From Octopus bimaculoides (taxonomy: Eukaryota): a stretch of DNA of 64,000 nt. The position numbers were made by a program, and so were the translations under genes. This document shows positions 1 through 13,107 of this stretch, in pieces (the stretch's first letter is position 1; every line of letters begins with the position of its first letter). Under the pieces are notes generated by a model. The model worked only from the letters and a program-made list of their open reading frames with translations. It had not been told where the DNA came from and did no database searches. The stretch spans positions 4,422,319-4,486,318 of the forward strand of contig NC_068989.1 in the NCBI RefSeq assembly GCF_001194135.2, written 5' to 3'.

Positions 1-128
1 GTGGATAGCAACACTGGATATTATAGAAGCTACTTTGATAGAAGCATAAAAAATACTTATCTTCTTCGGTTTTTCATCAGGAAAGCAGTTTGTCTTTAGA
101 GCATATTTTCGCAATTGCGGCCACCACA
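1..128 (-). CDS. CHS: Chitin synthase paralog A, exon (N-terminal TM region), runs off window start
   Basis: Acceptor atattttttcag at 129-130. Phase 1 joins 943-1138. Translates (V)WWPQLRKYALKTNCFPDEKPKKISIFYASIKVASIISSVAIH, aligning with TWCPGIAMF...NIIYTILKLVVLF of segment C. Not in the ORF track. Confidence 0.85.
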
Positions 129-566
129 CTGAAAAAATATCAGTTAGAAATCATTATTAATCGACAATATCAACTTTGTCATCGTCATCATTATCATTAT
201 TATCACCACTTAAGATCATGTATGAATTTGGTGGCATATACACGAGAGATAACTTCGGTGGCGTGGAGAGGGGAGGCTGGTGTGCATGGGCGACTGTTTT
301 TCTTCCATAAACAAGCTTACCCGGACTTGTACCTCGGAGGGTAACTTTCTATGTGTAATCCCATGGTCTTTACCTCCTAGACAATGTCTGTTGCTGTCTA
401 CTAAGATAATGTAATATGTGAAAACATAACACCACCAAGCGTAGTCTTGTTCTTTTCTTTTTCTTTGTACAATGTAATGTTTAAATGTGTTAATGCTCTG
501 TCCCTGAGCTCGAACTATCAGAAATAGTTGTGGATTTACTGATCACACAGGTACACTGATAGTATT

Positions 567-689
<123 letters not shown>

Positions 690-942
690 TATCCAGGATG
701 TCTGAAACGGTTATCAAATATTTTGATTTGAAATTCCACTAACCTCGATTCCATCTCCGATAGATGGTTAACATCAACAATTATCGAGTAATTAATCTGC
801 TACAAATGTACTTCATGTTAAATTAGATTGTACACCACAAATACTATTAAAAGAATCATATAAACAACTTTACAATTCTCCTTCGTCTTAGACAAAAGAA
901 GCTTCTACCAAGTGGAATAAGGTAGCAAACGATTAAACTTAC

Positions 943-1138
943 CAATCGAAAGACCAATTAGTGTTGTCGAAATACAAATAGCTTGGTCACGTGTTATTAT
1001 ATCACGGATATAGAGAAGACAACCAATCACTGTTGGAAGCAATGATATAACCAACGCGGAAATAATTTTCCACAACATCTGGTGTCGATGTATTTGTTGA
1101 TTATCAGGAAAAATTTCGAATTTCTGCTGCGAGTTGTT
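943..1138 (-). CDS. CHS: Chitin synthase paralog A, exon (N-terminal TM region)
   Basis: tttctag acceptor, g|gtaagt donor, 196 nt, phase 0 to 1. NNSQQKFEIF...MLWKIISALVISLLPTVIGCLLYIRDIITRDQAICISTTLIGLSI aligns with KLIYAAFGLIFIALIV...LILSTSLLALSF in segment C. Confidence 0.85.
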
Positions 1139-1517
1139 CTAGAAATATAAATAACGGTAACAGGAAGCGCCAATGAAGAGATAGGAAATGAATAATAACA
1201 ATATAGTCATTTATAGTCTATAGAATAAACATAATACTGTTGCAAATAACGATACGCCGTTGGTTTGGTAACTGACAAATACGACTTCGTTAACATACGA
1301 CACAATGTATAATTTTTAACATGTTAAATGTTCACGATAAAAGACGTAACATATGTAGCCTTAATGCATATGTTTACTTGAAATACAAAATACAGAGTAT
1401 GGAAAAAAGAAAACAAACGAAAGAAACTATAGAAAAGTCTCATCTTCACAGCTGTTTCGAGTGTACCATTGTTTATGTCATAGCCACATTCATGCATAAT
1501 AAAGACCCATGGTGTCT

Positions 1518-1632
1518 TAGGCGTATATAATAACAAAAATTCCTAGGAGTATATAATCTTCCAACAAAAATTCCATTGTTTGAAGATTATATACTCCTAC
1601 GACATTATGGGTTTTTGTTATGTATGCACCTA
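1518..1632. repeat. Short inverted repeat / hairpin
   Basis: taggagtatataatcttccaaca (1544-1566) pairs with tgtttgaagattatatactccta (1577-1599) at 22/23, with a 10-nt loop and looser outer arms. Confidence 0.8.
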
Positions 1633-1778
1633 GTTACGGCATAAGCTATGGTGCTCCCGAAATAGCTGTCAAGATAAGACTATTATACATCCCCTTCCAT
1701 TTACTCGTTCCCGTACTCTGCATATTGTATTTCATGTAAATGTATGTATTAAGCTTATTTGTCTTTATCTGCCATTTC

Positions 1779-1817
<39 letters not shown>

Positions 1818-2389
1818 CGCACACACATACACACACACACACAGATAGATATATAGGTAGATAGATAGATATGCATGAGAGGGCAGCACTCGCCATCAAA
1901 GTGACTCTGAGGAACAAATATACGAAGCCTAATATACCCATCATGACTACCCGTCTGATTATGTATGTGTGTTTGTGTGTGTAGATAGGCAGGCAGGTAG
2001 GTAGGTAGGTAGGTAGGTAGGTAGGTAGGTAGGTAGGTAGGTAGGTAGGTAGGTAGGTAGGTAGACAGGCAGGCAGTCAGGCAGTCAGGTAGCTTTTCAC
2101 TTGTTTCAGTCATTAGACTGCGGCCATGCTGGGGCATCAACCTTAGGACTTTTAGTCGAATGAATTGACCACAGTACTTTTATCTTTCAAGCTTGGTATT
2201 TATTCTATTGGTCTCTTTTGCTGAAACGCTAAGTTACGGGGGATGTGATCACACCAACACTGGTTATCAAATGGTGGGGCGGGAAAACACAGACACGAAT
2301 ACACACAAACACACACATACACACATACAGACACATATACATACATACACGCACACACACACACTCACACACATACACACACACACACA

Positions 2390-2810
2390 CACACACGAAG
2401 GACTTTTAAGTTGCCGTCAACCAAATCCACCCAGAAGGTTCTGGTCGGCCCGGGACTATGGTTGAAGACATTTCCCCAAAATGCCACGAGGTAGGACTGA
2501 CCCCGGAACCATGAGGTTGGGAAGTAAACTTCTTATTTCTTTACTGCCCACAAAGGGGCTACACACAGAGGGGACAAACAAGGACAGACAAACAGATTAA
2601 GTTAATTATATCGACCCCAGTTTGTAACTGGTACTTAATTTATCGACCCCGAAAGGATGAAAGGCAAAGTCGACCTTGGCGGAATTTGAACTCAGAACGT
2701 AACGGCAGACGAAATACCGCTAAGCATTTCGCCTGGTGTGCTAACGTTTCTGCCAGCTCGTCGCCTTTGCTGTATGGTAAACTTCTTACCATACAGCCAC
2801 ACCTGCCCCT
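2390..2810 (-). mobile_element. tRNA-derived SINE (family with ggttcagtcccactgcgtggcacc head) interrupted by a younger SINE
   Basis: Similar sequence recurs at about 30960-31250, 31600-31900, 46140-46460, 48240-48545 and 51240-51320. Confidence 0.7.
2536..2776 (-). mobile_element. tRNA-derived CORE-type SINE (tail B) with 12-bp TSD
   Basis: gtaaacttctta is duplicated at 2524-2535 and 2777-2788. Head ggcgagctggcagaaacgttagc, core ctttcatcctttcggggtcgataaattaagtaccagt. Confidence 0.88.
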
Positions 2811-3354
2811 ATGTGTGTAAACGTTATTCAATTTCCTAGGCTTTTTGCTTGCGTCTCCAGGAGGAGAAGAGAAGTTGAAATGCCTTAGATTATATGTGAC
2901 AACAGGTAAGAATAATTATTATCTTAATTATATCTACCAAAAATACAATCTGTAATATACATTGTATTTTGGGTGTAACTATTAAATCTATTACGTAGAC
3001 CCTACATAATACAATCTACAACGTACATTGTAATTTGGGTGTAACTATTAAGTCTATTACTATTAAATCTATTAATAGAATTATGTAGACTTTACATAAT
3101 AGAATTAACAGCTGCCCCCATCAAATAAAAAGCCAGACTAGTGTTTCGTTAGTGGATAGATAGATAGATAGATAGATAGATTGATTGATTGATTGATAGT
3201 ATCATGGTGTTATTTGAAGTTAAACAACTAAATGTATGTCCGGCGTGATATCTCTGATATCCACCATTCATAGTTTAGCGTCTGTATTTAGCATTGTGCC
3301 CTTAATTATAATTGCATTGTATACTATTATAAATCTCTCTCTCTCTCTCTCTCA

Positions 3355-3385
<31 letters not shown>

Positions 3386-3594
3386 TCTGGTGTTGGATAA
3401 ATAATTTAACGAAGCGGGGTGCAAGGAAAGTATTCACACGACGCAATACGATTACTGTTACACGAGGCTAAACGCTCTCTGTCAACTGCTCACAATCAAT
3501 TACTTCTACCAACTCGACAGTTCTTTATCTTATTGAAATGCGTCAATCCACTTTTAGTCACATGGGGATGGTCGGAATCCTTCCACAACAGTAT

Positions 3595-3628
<34 letters not shown>

Positions 3629-3918
3629 ATATATATCTTTTCCAGGAGGCACCTAAAATATGCTAATGGTTTCCTACAGAAGCAGATGCCGGAATATTTT
3701 ATATTCTGCAGGAGGTCACAGTATATTTAATCAGCCCAATACTTGGTTGCTAAGCTTCTTTTTTTTTTTATTAACAATGGGAGGTTGAAGGGCAAAATAC
3801 TGAGCGCAAGGGAGATTTGAACTGAGAAAGTAAGTGACACAACTAAATATTGCCAGTCGTTTTTTGTTCTAACGATTCTGCCATTACACCTTATGTACAA
3901 GGAAACTAAAACATCTAC

Positions 3919-4065
3919 CTTCAATTTAAAAAGTTCCTGTAGAAGAATCGGAATGATAAGAACTCCGTTTAAAAGCGGAATTAAAATATAGACCGGAAGT
4001 ACAGGAGCTACAGTGGCAGCAAAAAATACGAGACATGCTCCCTCGATCACGTGACAGGAAATACC
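3919..4065 (-). CDS. CHS: Chitin synthase paralog A, exon (N-terminal TM region)
   Basis: tttctttcaag acceptor, aag|gtagat donor, 147 nt, phase 0 to 0. GISCHVIEGACLVFFAATVAPVLPVYILIPLLNGVLIIPILLQELFKLK. Same length as 59257-59403 and 17/49 identical to it. Resembles the ET.G...L.F...P.LD......L.N segment of animal CHS. Confidence 0.88.
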
Positions 4066-4230
4066 CTTGAAAGAAAAAACAATATAGTAACATATTAGAC
4101 ATATCGACACATGTATATGTATGTATGTGTGCGTGTGCATTTGCGAACGTGCATGTGTGTGTTTGTGCATGTATTTGTGTTTGTGCGTGTATGTGGATGC
4201 TTGTGTCTGATTGTTTCTGTGCGCATTTGC

Positions 4231-4264
<34 letters not shown>

Positions 4265-4689
4265 ATGCGTTTGTGTGAGATTGTATGTGTTTTAATGTGC
4301 GTGTGTGTCTGTGTGTGTGTGTGAACGTGTTTGTGAGTGTCTGCATGATTGTGTGCATGTGTGTGTATGTATATGTGCTTGTGTCTGTGTGTGCATGTGT
4401 GTGTTTTATGTGCTTGTGTCTATGTGTGCATGTGTGTGTTTTATGTGCTTGTGTCTGTGTGTGCATGTGTGTGTTTTATGTGCTTGTGTCTGTGTGTGCA
4501 TGTGTGTGTTTGCTTATATGTGTTCATATATGTTTGTATATAAGTGTCTGCGTGTGTGTGTGTACTTCCATGAGTTTGTATATGTTTTGTATGCGTGTGT
4601 GCATATTTGTGTGTGTGTGTGTGTGTGTGTGTGAAGAAGAGGAGGGGAAAGCAGTGTGATTAGGAAGGTCGATGAAAATGGTTTCTTAC

Positions 4690-4816
4690 CACAATTAAAC
4701 TTATCGGTCTTGGACATTGCGAGTCTTTGGATTTCTTTAGAAACGGTACATTCCAGAGGATTTGTAGAAGACTGGCAACGCTGGGGCTTACTGTGAGGCT
4801 TAATAACATCAAATAC
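4690..4816 (-). CDS. CHS: Chitin synthase paralog A, exon (N-terminal TM region)
   Basis: cttttgctgcag acceptor, gtg|gtaaga donor, 127 nt, phase 2 to 0. YLMLLSLTVSPSVASLLQILWNVPFLKKSKDSQCPRPISLIV. Same length and phases as 57553-57679. Confidence 0.85.
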
Positions 4817-4860
4817 CTGCAGCAAAAGATGAAAAATTTCCACATTATACGATGTTAATT

Positions 4861-4914
<54 letters not shown>

Positions 4915-5487
4915 NNNNNNNNNNNNNNNNNNNNNNNNNNNNNNNNNNNNNNNNNNNNNNNNNNNNNNNNNNNNNNNNNNNNNNNNNNNNNNNNNNNNNN
5001 NNNNNNNNNNNNNNNNNNNNNNNNNNNNNNNNNNNNNNNNNNNNNNNNNNNNNNNNNNNNNNNNNNNNNNNNNNNNNNNNNNNNNNNNNNNNNNNNNNNN
5101 NNNNNNNNNNNNNNNNNNNNNNNNNNNNNNNNNNNNNNNNNNNNNNNNNNNNNNNNNNNNNNNNNNNNNNNNNNNNNNNNNNNNNNNNNNNNNNNNNNNN
5201 NNNNNNNNNNNNNNNNNNNNNNNNNNNNNNNNNNNNNNNNNNNNNNNNNNNNNNNNNNNNNNNNNNNNNNNNNNNNNNNNNNNNNNNNNNNNNNNNNNNN
5301 NNNNNNNNNNNNNNNNNNNNNNNNNNNNNNNNNNNNNNNNNNNNNNNNNNNNNNNNNNNNNNNNNNNNNNNNNNNNNNNNNNNNNNNNNNNNNNNNNNNN
5401 NNNNNNNNNNNNNNNNNNNNNNNNNNNNNNNNNNNNNNNNNNNNNNNNNNNNNNNNNNNNNNNNNNNNNNNNNNNNNNNNNNNNNNN

Positions 5488-5520
<33 letters not shown>

Positions 5521-5746
5521 GTCAATGTTTGTCCTCACCGCCACCGCTTGACAGCCGGTGTAGTTCTGTTTACGTCTCCGTAACTTAGCACTTTGGTAAA
5601 ACTAGTTGATAAGTACCATGCTTTAAAAAACAATAAGTATTACAGTCAATTCATTCGACTAAAAATTCTTCAAGACACTGTTCGCATGTATAAAGAAAGG
5701 TGAAGCCCTATGCAGCCAACAATAACTATGGTGTTATTATGTAGCT

Positions 5747-6023
5747 CAGTGCTTCTCAAACCATCTGATATGGCGTACCGGCAGTTTTTTTTTTTTTCTT
5801 TTTTTTTTTCCAGTGTGCCAGAGTCCGGTAATATTTCTTAGTAATATTAATCCATACCAGAAGCAATATATATAACGAATATAATAAAAGTTGACTATTT
5901 TTATCTTATATCTATTTTGTATACAAATAATACAATATTACATTAGCGTTTTATAATGTTTCTTTTCTGCAAACTCGCCTCGTACCGGCAGCTGATGGCT
6001 TGCGTACCGGCACAGTGGCACTG
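5747..6023. mobile_element. Probable hAT-type MITE (degenerate)
   Basis: Begins cagtgcttctcaaac and ends gcactg. 8-bp flanks atgtagct / atataggt match at 6/8. Confidence 0.5.
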
Positions 6024-7399
6024 ATATAGGTCATTGACAGAGTTCTTCAATTAGCATGTGTACCATATTGTTTCTCTGTTAAATGCAGTATGCATGTACA
6101 TACATGTGAAGTTAAATGCTTCCACCGATTCCTAGATATGGGTATTGTTCCTATACGTGTGTAGGATGGTAAATGTTTGTACCTGGTTGTTTGTATAACT
6201 TCACTATGATTTTATCAATCAAAATACTTTGGTTTCCTTACAAACATAAAACTATTCCTTTCTAATCAAACACTCGTCTACTTATACATTATTCCTCCTT
6301 CCTATTTATCTCTATCTATATATACACACGCATACAACACACACCCGCGCATATATATATACTTCCTCCCACCCACCTCTCCTCTCTTGCTGTGACACCT
6401 ACTTCCTCTCTTCACTCCTACCCACCTTCTTCCTTCCACGCTCTCCCTTCATCGTTACCCCTCCTTCGTTACCTCAGCCTTACTCATTCCAACCCCACCA
6501 TCCCCATACATCCCATCCCACCCCACCTCATCCCTTAGACCCCCACCCTTGCTTCCCCCACTCTCGCCTCCCCCACACACCAGCACCACCACACCACCAC
6601 ACCACNNNNNNNNNNNNNNNNNNNNNNNNNNNNNNNNNNNNNNNNNNNNNNNNNNNNNNNNNNNNNNNNNNNNNNNNNNNNNNNNNNNNNNNNNNNNNNN
6701 NNNNNNNNNNNNNNNNNNNNNNNNNNNNNNNNNNNNNNNNNNNNNNNNNNNNNNNNNNNNNNNNNNNNNNNNNNNNNNNNNNNNNNNNNNNNNNNNNNNN
6801 NNNNNNNNNNNNNNNNNNNNNNNNNNNNNNNNNNNNNNNNNNNNNNNNNNNNNNNNNNNNNNNNNNNNNNNNNNNNNNNNNNNNNNNNNNNNNNNNNNNN
6901 NNNNNNNNNNNNNNNNNNNNNNNNNNNNNNNNNNNNNNNNNNNNNNNNNNNNNNNNNNNNNNNNNNNNNNNNNNNNNNNNNNNNNNNNNNNNNNNNNNNN
7001 NNNNNNNNNNNNNNNNNNNNNNNNNNNNNNNNNNNNNNNNNNNNNNNNNNNNNNNNNNNNNNNNNNNNNNNNNNNNNNNNNNNNNNNNNNNNNNNNNNNN
7101 NNNNNNNNNNNNNNNNNNNNNNNNNNNNNNNNNNNNNNNNNNNNNNNNNNNNNNNNNNNNNNNNNNNNNNNNNNNNNNNNNNNNNNNNNNNNNNNNNNNN
7201 NNNNNNNNNNNNNNNNNNNNNNNNNNNNNNNNNNNNNNNNNNNNNNNNNNNNNNNNNNNNNNNNNNNNNNNNNNNNNNNNNNNNNNNNNACATACATATA
7301 TGAATGCGTATGTATGGTCAAAAAATAAAAAAGGAAATTAAAAACACGAGAATATTCATTAAACAGGATATATAGTCAAAATACGTGTTATAACAAAAT

Positions 7400-7650
7400 A
7401 TTTAATTCTTTATTGCCCACAGGGGGCTAAACATATACGGGACAAACACTGACAGACAAAGGGACTAAGTCGATTACATCGACCCCAGTGCGTAACTGGT
7501 ACTTATTTAATCGACCCTTTCTTCCTGTTTCTTGAGTAAAGCTGCGATGGACTGGCGTCCCGTCCAGCTGGCGGGGGGACACACATACGCCATAGAAACC
7601 GGGAAACCGGGCCCATGAACCCGGTTAGGCTTTAAAAGGGCGAAAAAAAG
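7400..7650. mobile_element. Composite SINE fragments (CORE tail B on minus, V-like tail on plus)
   Basis: Matches 2536-2640 on the left and the gctgcgatggactggcgtcccgtccagc tail of 12378/45525 on the right. Confidence 0.7.
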
Positions 7651-8210
7651 GATGTATGTATATATATACATATATATACATACACATATTCGTATTTACC
7701 ACTTTACATAATCACATACAATAAAAGTTCTCATAAATGTGTACGATTATGATTGACAGTCAGCCATACGAACAACTTTAACACTGTTGTGACGCAGGAC
7801 AATAAGCAACCATTATGCTTCGGTAACGCTGTATTTAATTCAATCTCAAACTGCACACACGGCACGTGGGATTAATAGGGTTACGCATTAATACATACAA
7901 TGAACATGAAAGGCAGCAGTTATAGGAAGCCTTACATAAAAGTAATATCCATATCCTGGTGTATACATTGAATGCAATGGCATGAAATTGGTATTTTCTG
8001 CAACGAATGGAGGAACTTTAATTTTTTTCTTGTTCATCGATAACTATAGTTCATCGATAACTATAGTGCCTACACTGCCTGCCGAAACAGTGTGCCCCTT
8101 ATAGGTATGTATGTACACATACACATATATTCACATACCACGTCTTGTTTGTATATAGCAATCATTGTCAACTAAAGTTCAATAGCAGAGTAGACTGTCA
8201 TGTTGATGTA

Positions 8211-8255
<45 letters not shown>

Positions 8256-8287
8256 GTCTTCAGGAAACATACTCATGCATAGTCTTT

Positions 8288-8329
<42 letters not shown>

Positions 8330-8339
8330 TATGCTGAGA

Positions 8340-8813
8340 GTTTCGCATCCAGGTCTAGGATTGTATGGTAGATCATAAACAAGGAGAAACCGTTTCCTGA
8401 GAAGCTCGCTACCCATACATAAAATATTGTTTTCTTCACTTTTCCGCACTAATGTATTTGGTATTTAATATTGCTGTTGTTGTTTAGCAAGTGCTGTCTG
8501 AGATGCTCTATGTGACATTCGAAACCTCTCTGCACTGATCTCGAGCCTTTACCTCCTTTATCTCTTCTTGTGTAAAACCTATCGATATCACAATTTTTGT
8601 TCAGATGTCCACTCGATGTTAGAATCTTGTGGGTTTTAATGTTTATGAAGTGGATATTCCTTGTACAGACCAGTCAAGTGTCCCAAATGTTGAAATCAGC
8701 ACTGGGACTGCAAATGAATTGTTAGATATTGCCTTGTTGTAAGAGGAGACTTCCGACTGCCATATTTTTCTTAATCTAGCATACTTTTCTCGGGTCGTAT
8801 GAATGTTCTTGTT
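8340..8813 (-). mobile_element. R4/Dong-like (RLE) LINE fragment, RT C-terminal part
   Basis: EKYARLRKIWQSEVSSYNKAISNNSFAVPVLISTFGTLDW followed by KTHKILTSSGHLNKNCDIDRFYTRRDKGGKG, with a frameshift. Confidence 0.75.
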
Positions 8814-9192
8814 GGCACTCCGTCGCTTACGACGTCGAGGGTTCCAGTTGACCCAATCAACGGAACAGGCTGCTCGTGAAATTAACGTGCAAGTGGCTGA
8901 GCACTCCACAGACACGTGTACCCTTAACGTAGTTCTCGGGGATATTCAGCGTGACACAGTGTGACAAGGCTGACCCTTTGAATTACAGGTACAACAGAAA
9001 CAGGAAGTAAGAGTGAGAGAAAGTTGTGGTGAAAGAGTACAGCAGGGTTCGCCACCATCCCCTGCCGGAGCCTCGTGGAGCTTTTTTATGTGTTTTCGCT
9101 CAATAAACACTCAAAACGCCCGGTCTGGGAATCGAAACCGCGATCCTATGACCGCGAGTCCACTGCCCTAACCACTGGGCCATTGCGCCTCC
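8814..9192 (-). mobile_element. tRNA-derived SINE (head 2 + tail N), full length
   Basis: Near-identical to 42945-43323 and 19368-19745. A-box/B-box-like head ggaggcgcaatggcccagtggttagg...ggtttcgattcc. Confidence 0.9.
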
Positions 9193-9226
9193 ACGGTCGT
9201 ATGTATGTATGTATGTACATATATAT

Positions 9227-9275
<49 letters not shown>

Positions 9276-9303
9276 CNNNNNNNNNNNNNNNNNNNNNNNN
9301 NNN

Positions 9304-9354
<51 letters not shown>

Positions 9355-9522
9355 CTTATATCCATATATGTATATATACTCTATCTCTTCCTCTTCTCAC
9401 CATCACACCCTCTCTCGTCATCTTCTCTCACACTCCCTCTCTTTCACCCCTCTTTTCCTCCTGTTTTCTCCCCTCCATCTTCTTTTTTCTCTTTCACGTA
9501 CATACACATACATACTCACACT

Positions 9523-9560
<38 letters not shown>

Positions 9561-11173
9561 TACAAACAGATATGTTACTATCCTCTATTCTGATTCTCAC
9601 GTTCTCTCTCACTTTCTTTCTCTCTTACTCTCTCTCTCTCTTCTCTCTTTCTTTATCTCTTTATCCCTATCACTCTCTCAGCGCCTTTCTCTTGCAGCAA
9701 CACCAACAACAAACAGGTTGATTGAGTTGAAATAGGTCTCATTCATAGACAAACACATCAAATACATATTCGCGTTGGAATGCTTTCAGCTGCTAAATAT
9801 TATTATGGCCGATATAGAAATTGCTTTGAAGTGGTTTGCACAGGGACAGAAAAGAAAATATAGCTTCATTGTATAAGCGAAAAGAATCTAAACATTCGCT
9901 GCTAACATCAATGTTGCTTTGCATAACTCAAGGAAGAGAGATGCTATCGGAAGTTGCTGACATTGTAGTGATTTTCCGACAACTGATATCAGAAACAAAT
10001 GGCCCTCCGGCGCCATATGTATATATATTCGCGCCCTCCTTACAACATTAAGAGTATTTTAACTCTTATTTCTAGGAATGTAGGTGCTTCGGCACCCTTA
10101 GTCACACTTAGTGGCGATTACATATATATACACAAGTATACTATTCTTGAATTCAAATTCAAATTTGACGACTATCTTATCATGTTTGAACCTCAAGAGT
10201 ACCAACGAATTTGAATCAAACCGTGTTGATCCATATATATATATATATATATATAACGTGAGAGAGTTAGGGGTTGGGGGTACAACCCACTAAGGGATAG
10301 TATCTATCCAGTAAACTGCTGGGAGGGTACCCAATTATTGCTACGCTAGTGCTATACTAGGTGCAATGAATGGGAGATATATATAAACAGACTCAAATAG
10401 ACCTACACATGTTTCTATTGCATCGATTAGTAATCGTTGCAATTACAACCTTACTATAATACCGGTGCAGTTTCTTCAGGGTCTTCACCTTGATATCCTT
10501 TGATTTAACTGTTTAAAGTGTTGTATACATACATATATAACAAGAATACTATATGCATGTATGAACTGTAGGTTAGTTAAAATGTTTTTGTGACATATTT
10601 TAACTTCTAAAAGCAAATTCACTGCAGAAAGATTTTTTTTCTCCGCGGTAACTGGAGTGAATTTGCCTTCAGGAGTTTAAATATGTCACAAACATATTTT
10701 AATTAACCTAAAGTTCGTTTACTATTAATCACTCTTTGGCGCTGATGCCGTTATATATATAGTTATATATATATATATGTTTAGTGGTACGAGAAATAGT
10801 GGTGGATCCCAGCCTGATATTCAACGATTTTGCTACAAGTAACATCGGGAGATTGGGCTTTGGTATACGTTGCAGATAAGGCTAAAAACAAGGACAGGCG
10901 ATCGATTCAGTTCTAAAAATCCTGATACGACACGTAACATTTTAAATGGTTAAATATCTTCGATTATCGATCGACTATTTATGATGTTTATAACTTCACC
11001 CGTACTTTTTTCTGTCGACTCTTGATGGAGGTAAAGCATGAAAAGATTTCAATTCAAATTGTAAAGGCGGGAAACACTAGAATATTTTGACCGTGAATTA
11101 CTGTTTCTGCTACGAAAGTAGTTTGCAAGAAACTCAGTTATATGAACTAATGAAATGTAACATAGAAACTTAC

Positions 11174-11289
11174 CCCGTGACTCTATCAACTTCCGGTTGC
11201 CGAAGTGTTTCAAAACACCATATCATAGATATTTTCTCAATTGTTAATGAAATCGACATACAAATAAATATAAAGAAAGTGATGCACAC
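11174..11289 (-). CDS. CHS: Chitin synthase paralog A, exon (first TM helix region)
   Basis: tttcttggcag acceptor, gg|gtaagt donor, 116 nt, phase 0 to 2, joining 4816 in frame. VCITFFIFICMSISLTIEKISMIWCFETLRQPEVDRVT is the counterpart of 55916-56025. Confidence 0.8.
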
Positions 11290-11454
11290 CTGCCAAGAAA
11301 TAAAATAAAAATAAGAACATGTTAATACTTATAGAGTTATGTGCCTCCTTTCAAGGTACAGAACATTTAACTAAACTGAGATGCAAATATGCTAAAAGAA
11401 TACCATACTTATGGTACACTGAATACATATATATGTGGGAAAGACAGAAACTGC

Positions 11455-11672
11455 AAGGGTATGTTGTTGTTGTTGGCAACAGGGAGTAAGAGTGAGAGAA
11501 AGTTATGGTGGAAGAGTACAGCAGGGTTCGCCACCATCCCCTGCCGGAGCCTCGTGGAGCTTTTAGGTGTTTTCGCTCAATAAACACTCACAACGTCCGG
11601 TCTGGGAATCGAAACCACGATCCTATGACCACGAGTCCGCTGCCCTAACCACTGGGCCATTGCGCCTTCACG
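11455..11672 (-). mobile_element. SINE head 2, partial copy
   Basis: Matches 9000-9192. Confidence 0.8.
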
Positions 11673-12377
11673 CAAAGGCGTGTATGCTTTATTAAAACAC
11701 GACAGTTTGATCTTTGTTTCATTAGGGCTTTTCGTGTTTCTACATAAGACCCTTATGATTTGTTCACAATATTAAAGTTTCTAAATTCGTTGTCATTTCC
11801 TGATTATCTCTGACACGTCATCAGGACATGAAGCATTGTCGTACTATCGCTTTTATATCAGGCAACATTAACAGCTTTTAACTGACAGAATCTGACTGCC
11901 ACAGCTCCAAGTCGTCAATCAAGTGTCTTGGCCTTTCTGGTTACACCTCATCAATCCTGTGCTTAAAATTGAAATCATGGGGAAGCAGCAATATTTGGTT
12001 ACTATGTTATGATAAACATATTCACTCTAGATTTATAATAGGTGCTCTCGTTTTCCATAGTAGAGAAATTTAGAAACTCAAATAATATGCATATGTGTGT
12101 GCGTGTATGTATGTATGTATGTATGTATGTATGTATGTATAAATGTGAATCCAGTATCCAGTTTTGGGAGTGCAAATACGCTTAAAATCTATCGAATACT
12201 CTGCCCCTGAAACGGCAGTAAGAGGACTACCACCAACAGTTTGTCTAAACGGGATTAATTTTTTGATTATTCACATGTTTTTTGAAAAATGCAATCTCAA
12301 CGCCACCATTTTTCTTTATTCGCTCCTTTCGTAAGACTTTATTTTATTCACCTTTTCGTAAGGACATATTTGTTCTT

Positions 12378-12630
12378 GTGGAGGCGCGTGGCTTAGTGGT
12401 TAGGGTGTCAGCACCATGACCGTGTGATTGTGGTTTCGATTCCTGGACCGGGCGACGCGTTGTCCTCTTGAGCAAAACACTTCATTTCACGTTTCTCCAG
12501 TCCACTCTGCTGGCAAAAATGAGTAACGCTGCGATGGACAGGCGTCCTGTCCAGCTGGGAAACGCATACACCATTGAAACCGAGAAACTGAGCCCATGAG
12601 CCTGGCTAGGTTTTAAAAGGGCGCATTTAT
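12378..12630 (+). mobile_element. tRNA-derived SINE (head 3 + V-like tail)
   Basis: ggaggcgcgtggcttagtggttagg head, ttgagcaaaacacttcatttcacg body, gctgcgatggacaggcgtcctgtccagc tail. The same head occurs at 24471-24560, cut by a gap. Confidence 0.85.
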
Positions 12631-13016
12631 TTTATTTTATTTATATTTATTCTTAAATAATTTTTACAACGCCGTCCTACAACGCCTTTTGATACGATTG
12701 CAATTCTAAATGCCTCTCTATATATCTTTATCCGTTTATACTTTTATACGTCTACACTTTTATGACTTAATTCCATTCGCCCATTTATATATGCATATTA
12801 GTTTTTTTGTATGTTTATGCATTCATAGATTTTTAAGATGTTTTAATATTCAAAAGATTGACACATTTGTACATTTAAAAAGTGTTATAAATTGTTTCAT
12901 GGCGAATACACATTTATATAACTTGTTGAACCTGTCCAAATTCTTTTTAACATATTCTATATCTTGCGTCTTTTATTTGAGCATTACATCCTACACAATA
13001 CAAGAAAACAAATTTA

Positions 13017-13107
<91 letters not shown>

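Noticed and set aside
4845-7328. Long ORFs made of X; likewise at 12710-14101, 16287-16832, 49994-50564 and 54313-55015
   Set aside because: They span assembly gaps and microsatellites.
9075-9192. tRNA-like sequences; also at 12378, 19368, 24471, 43250 and 45740
   Set aside because: They continue into shared SINE bodies and lack a complete cloverleaf, so they are SINE heads rather than tRNA genes.
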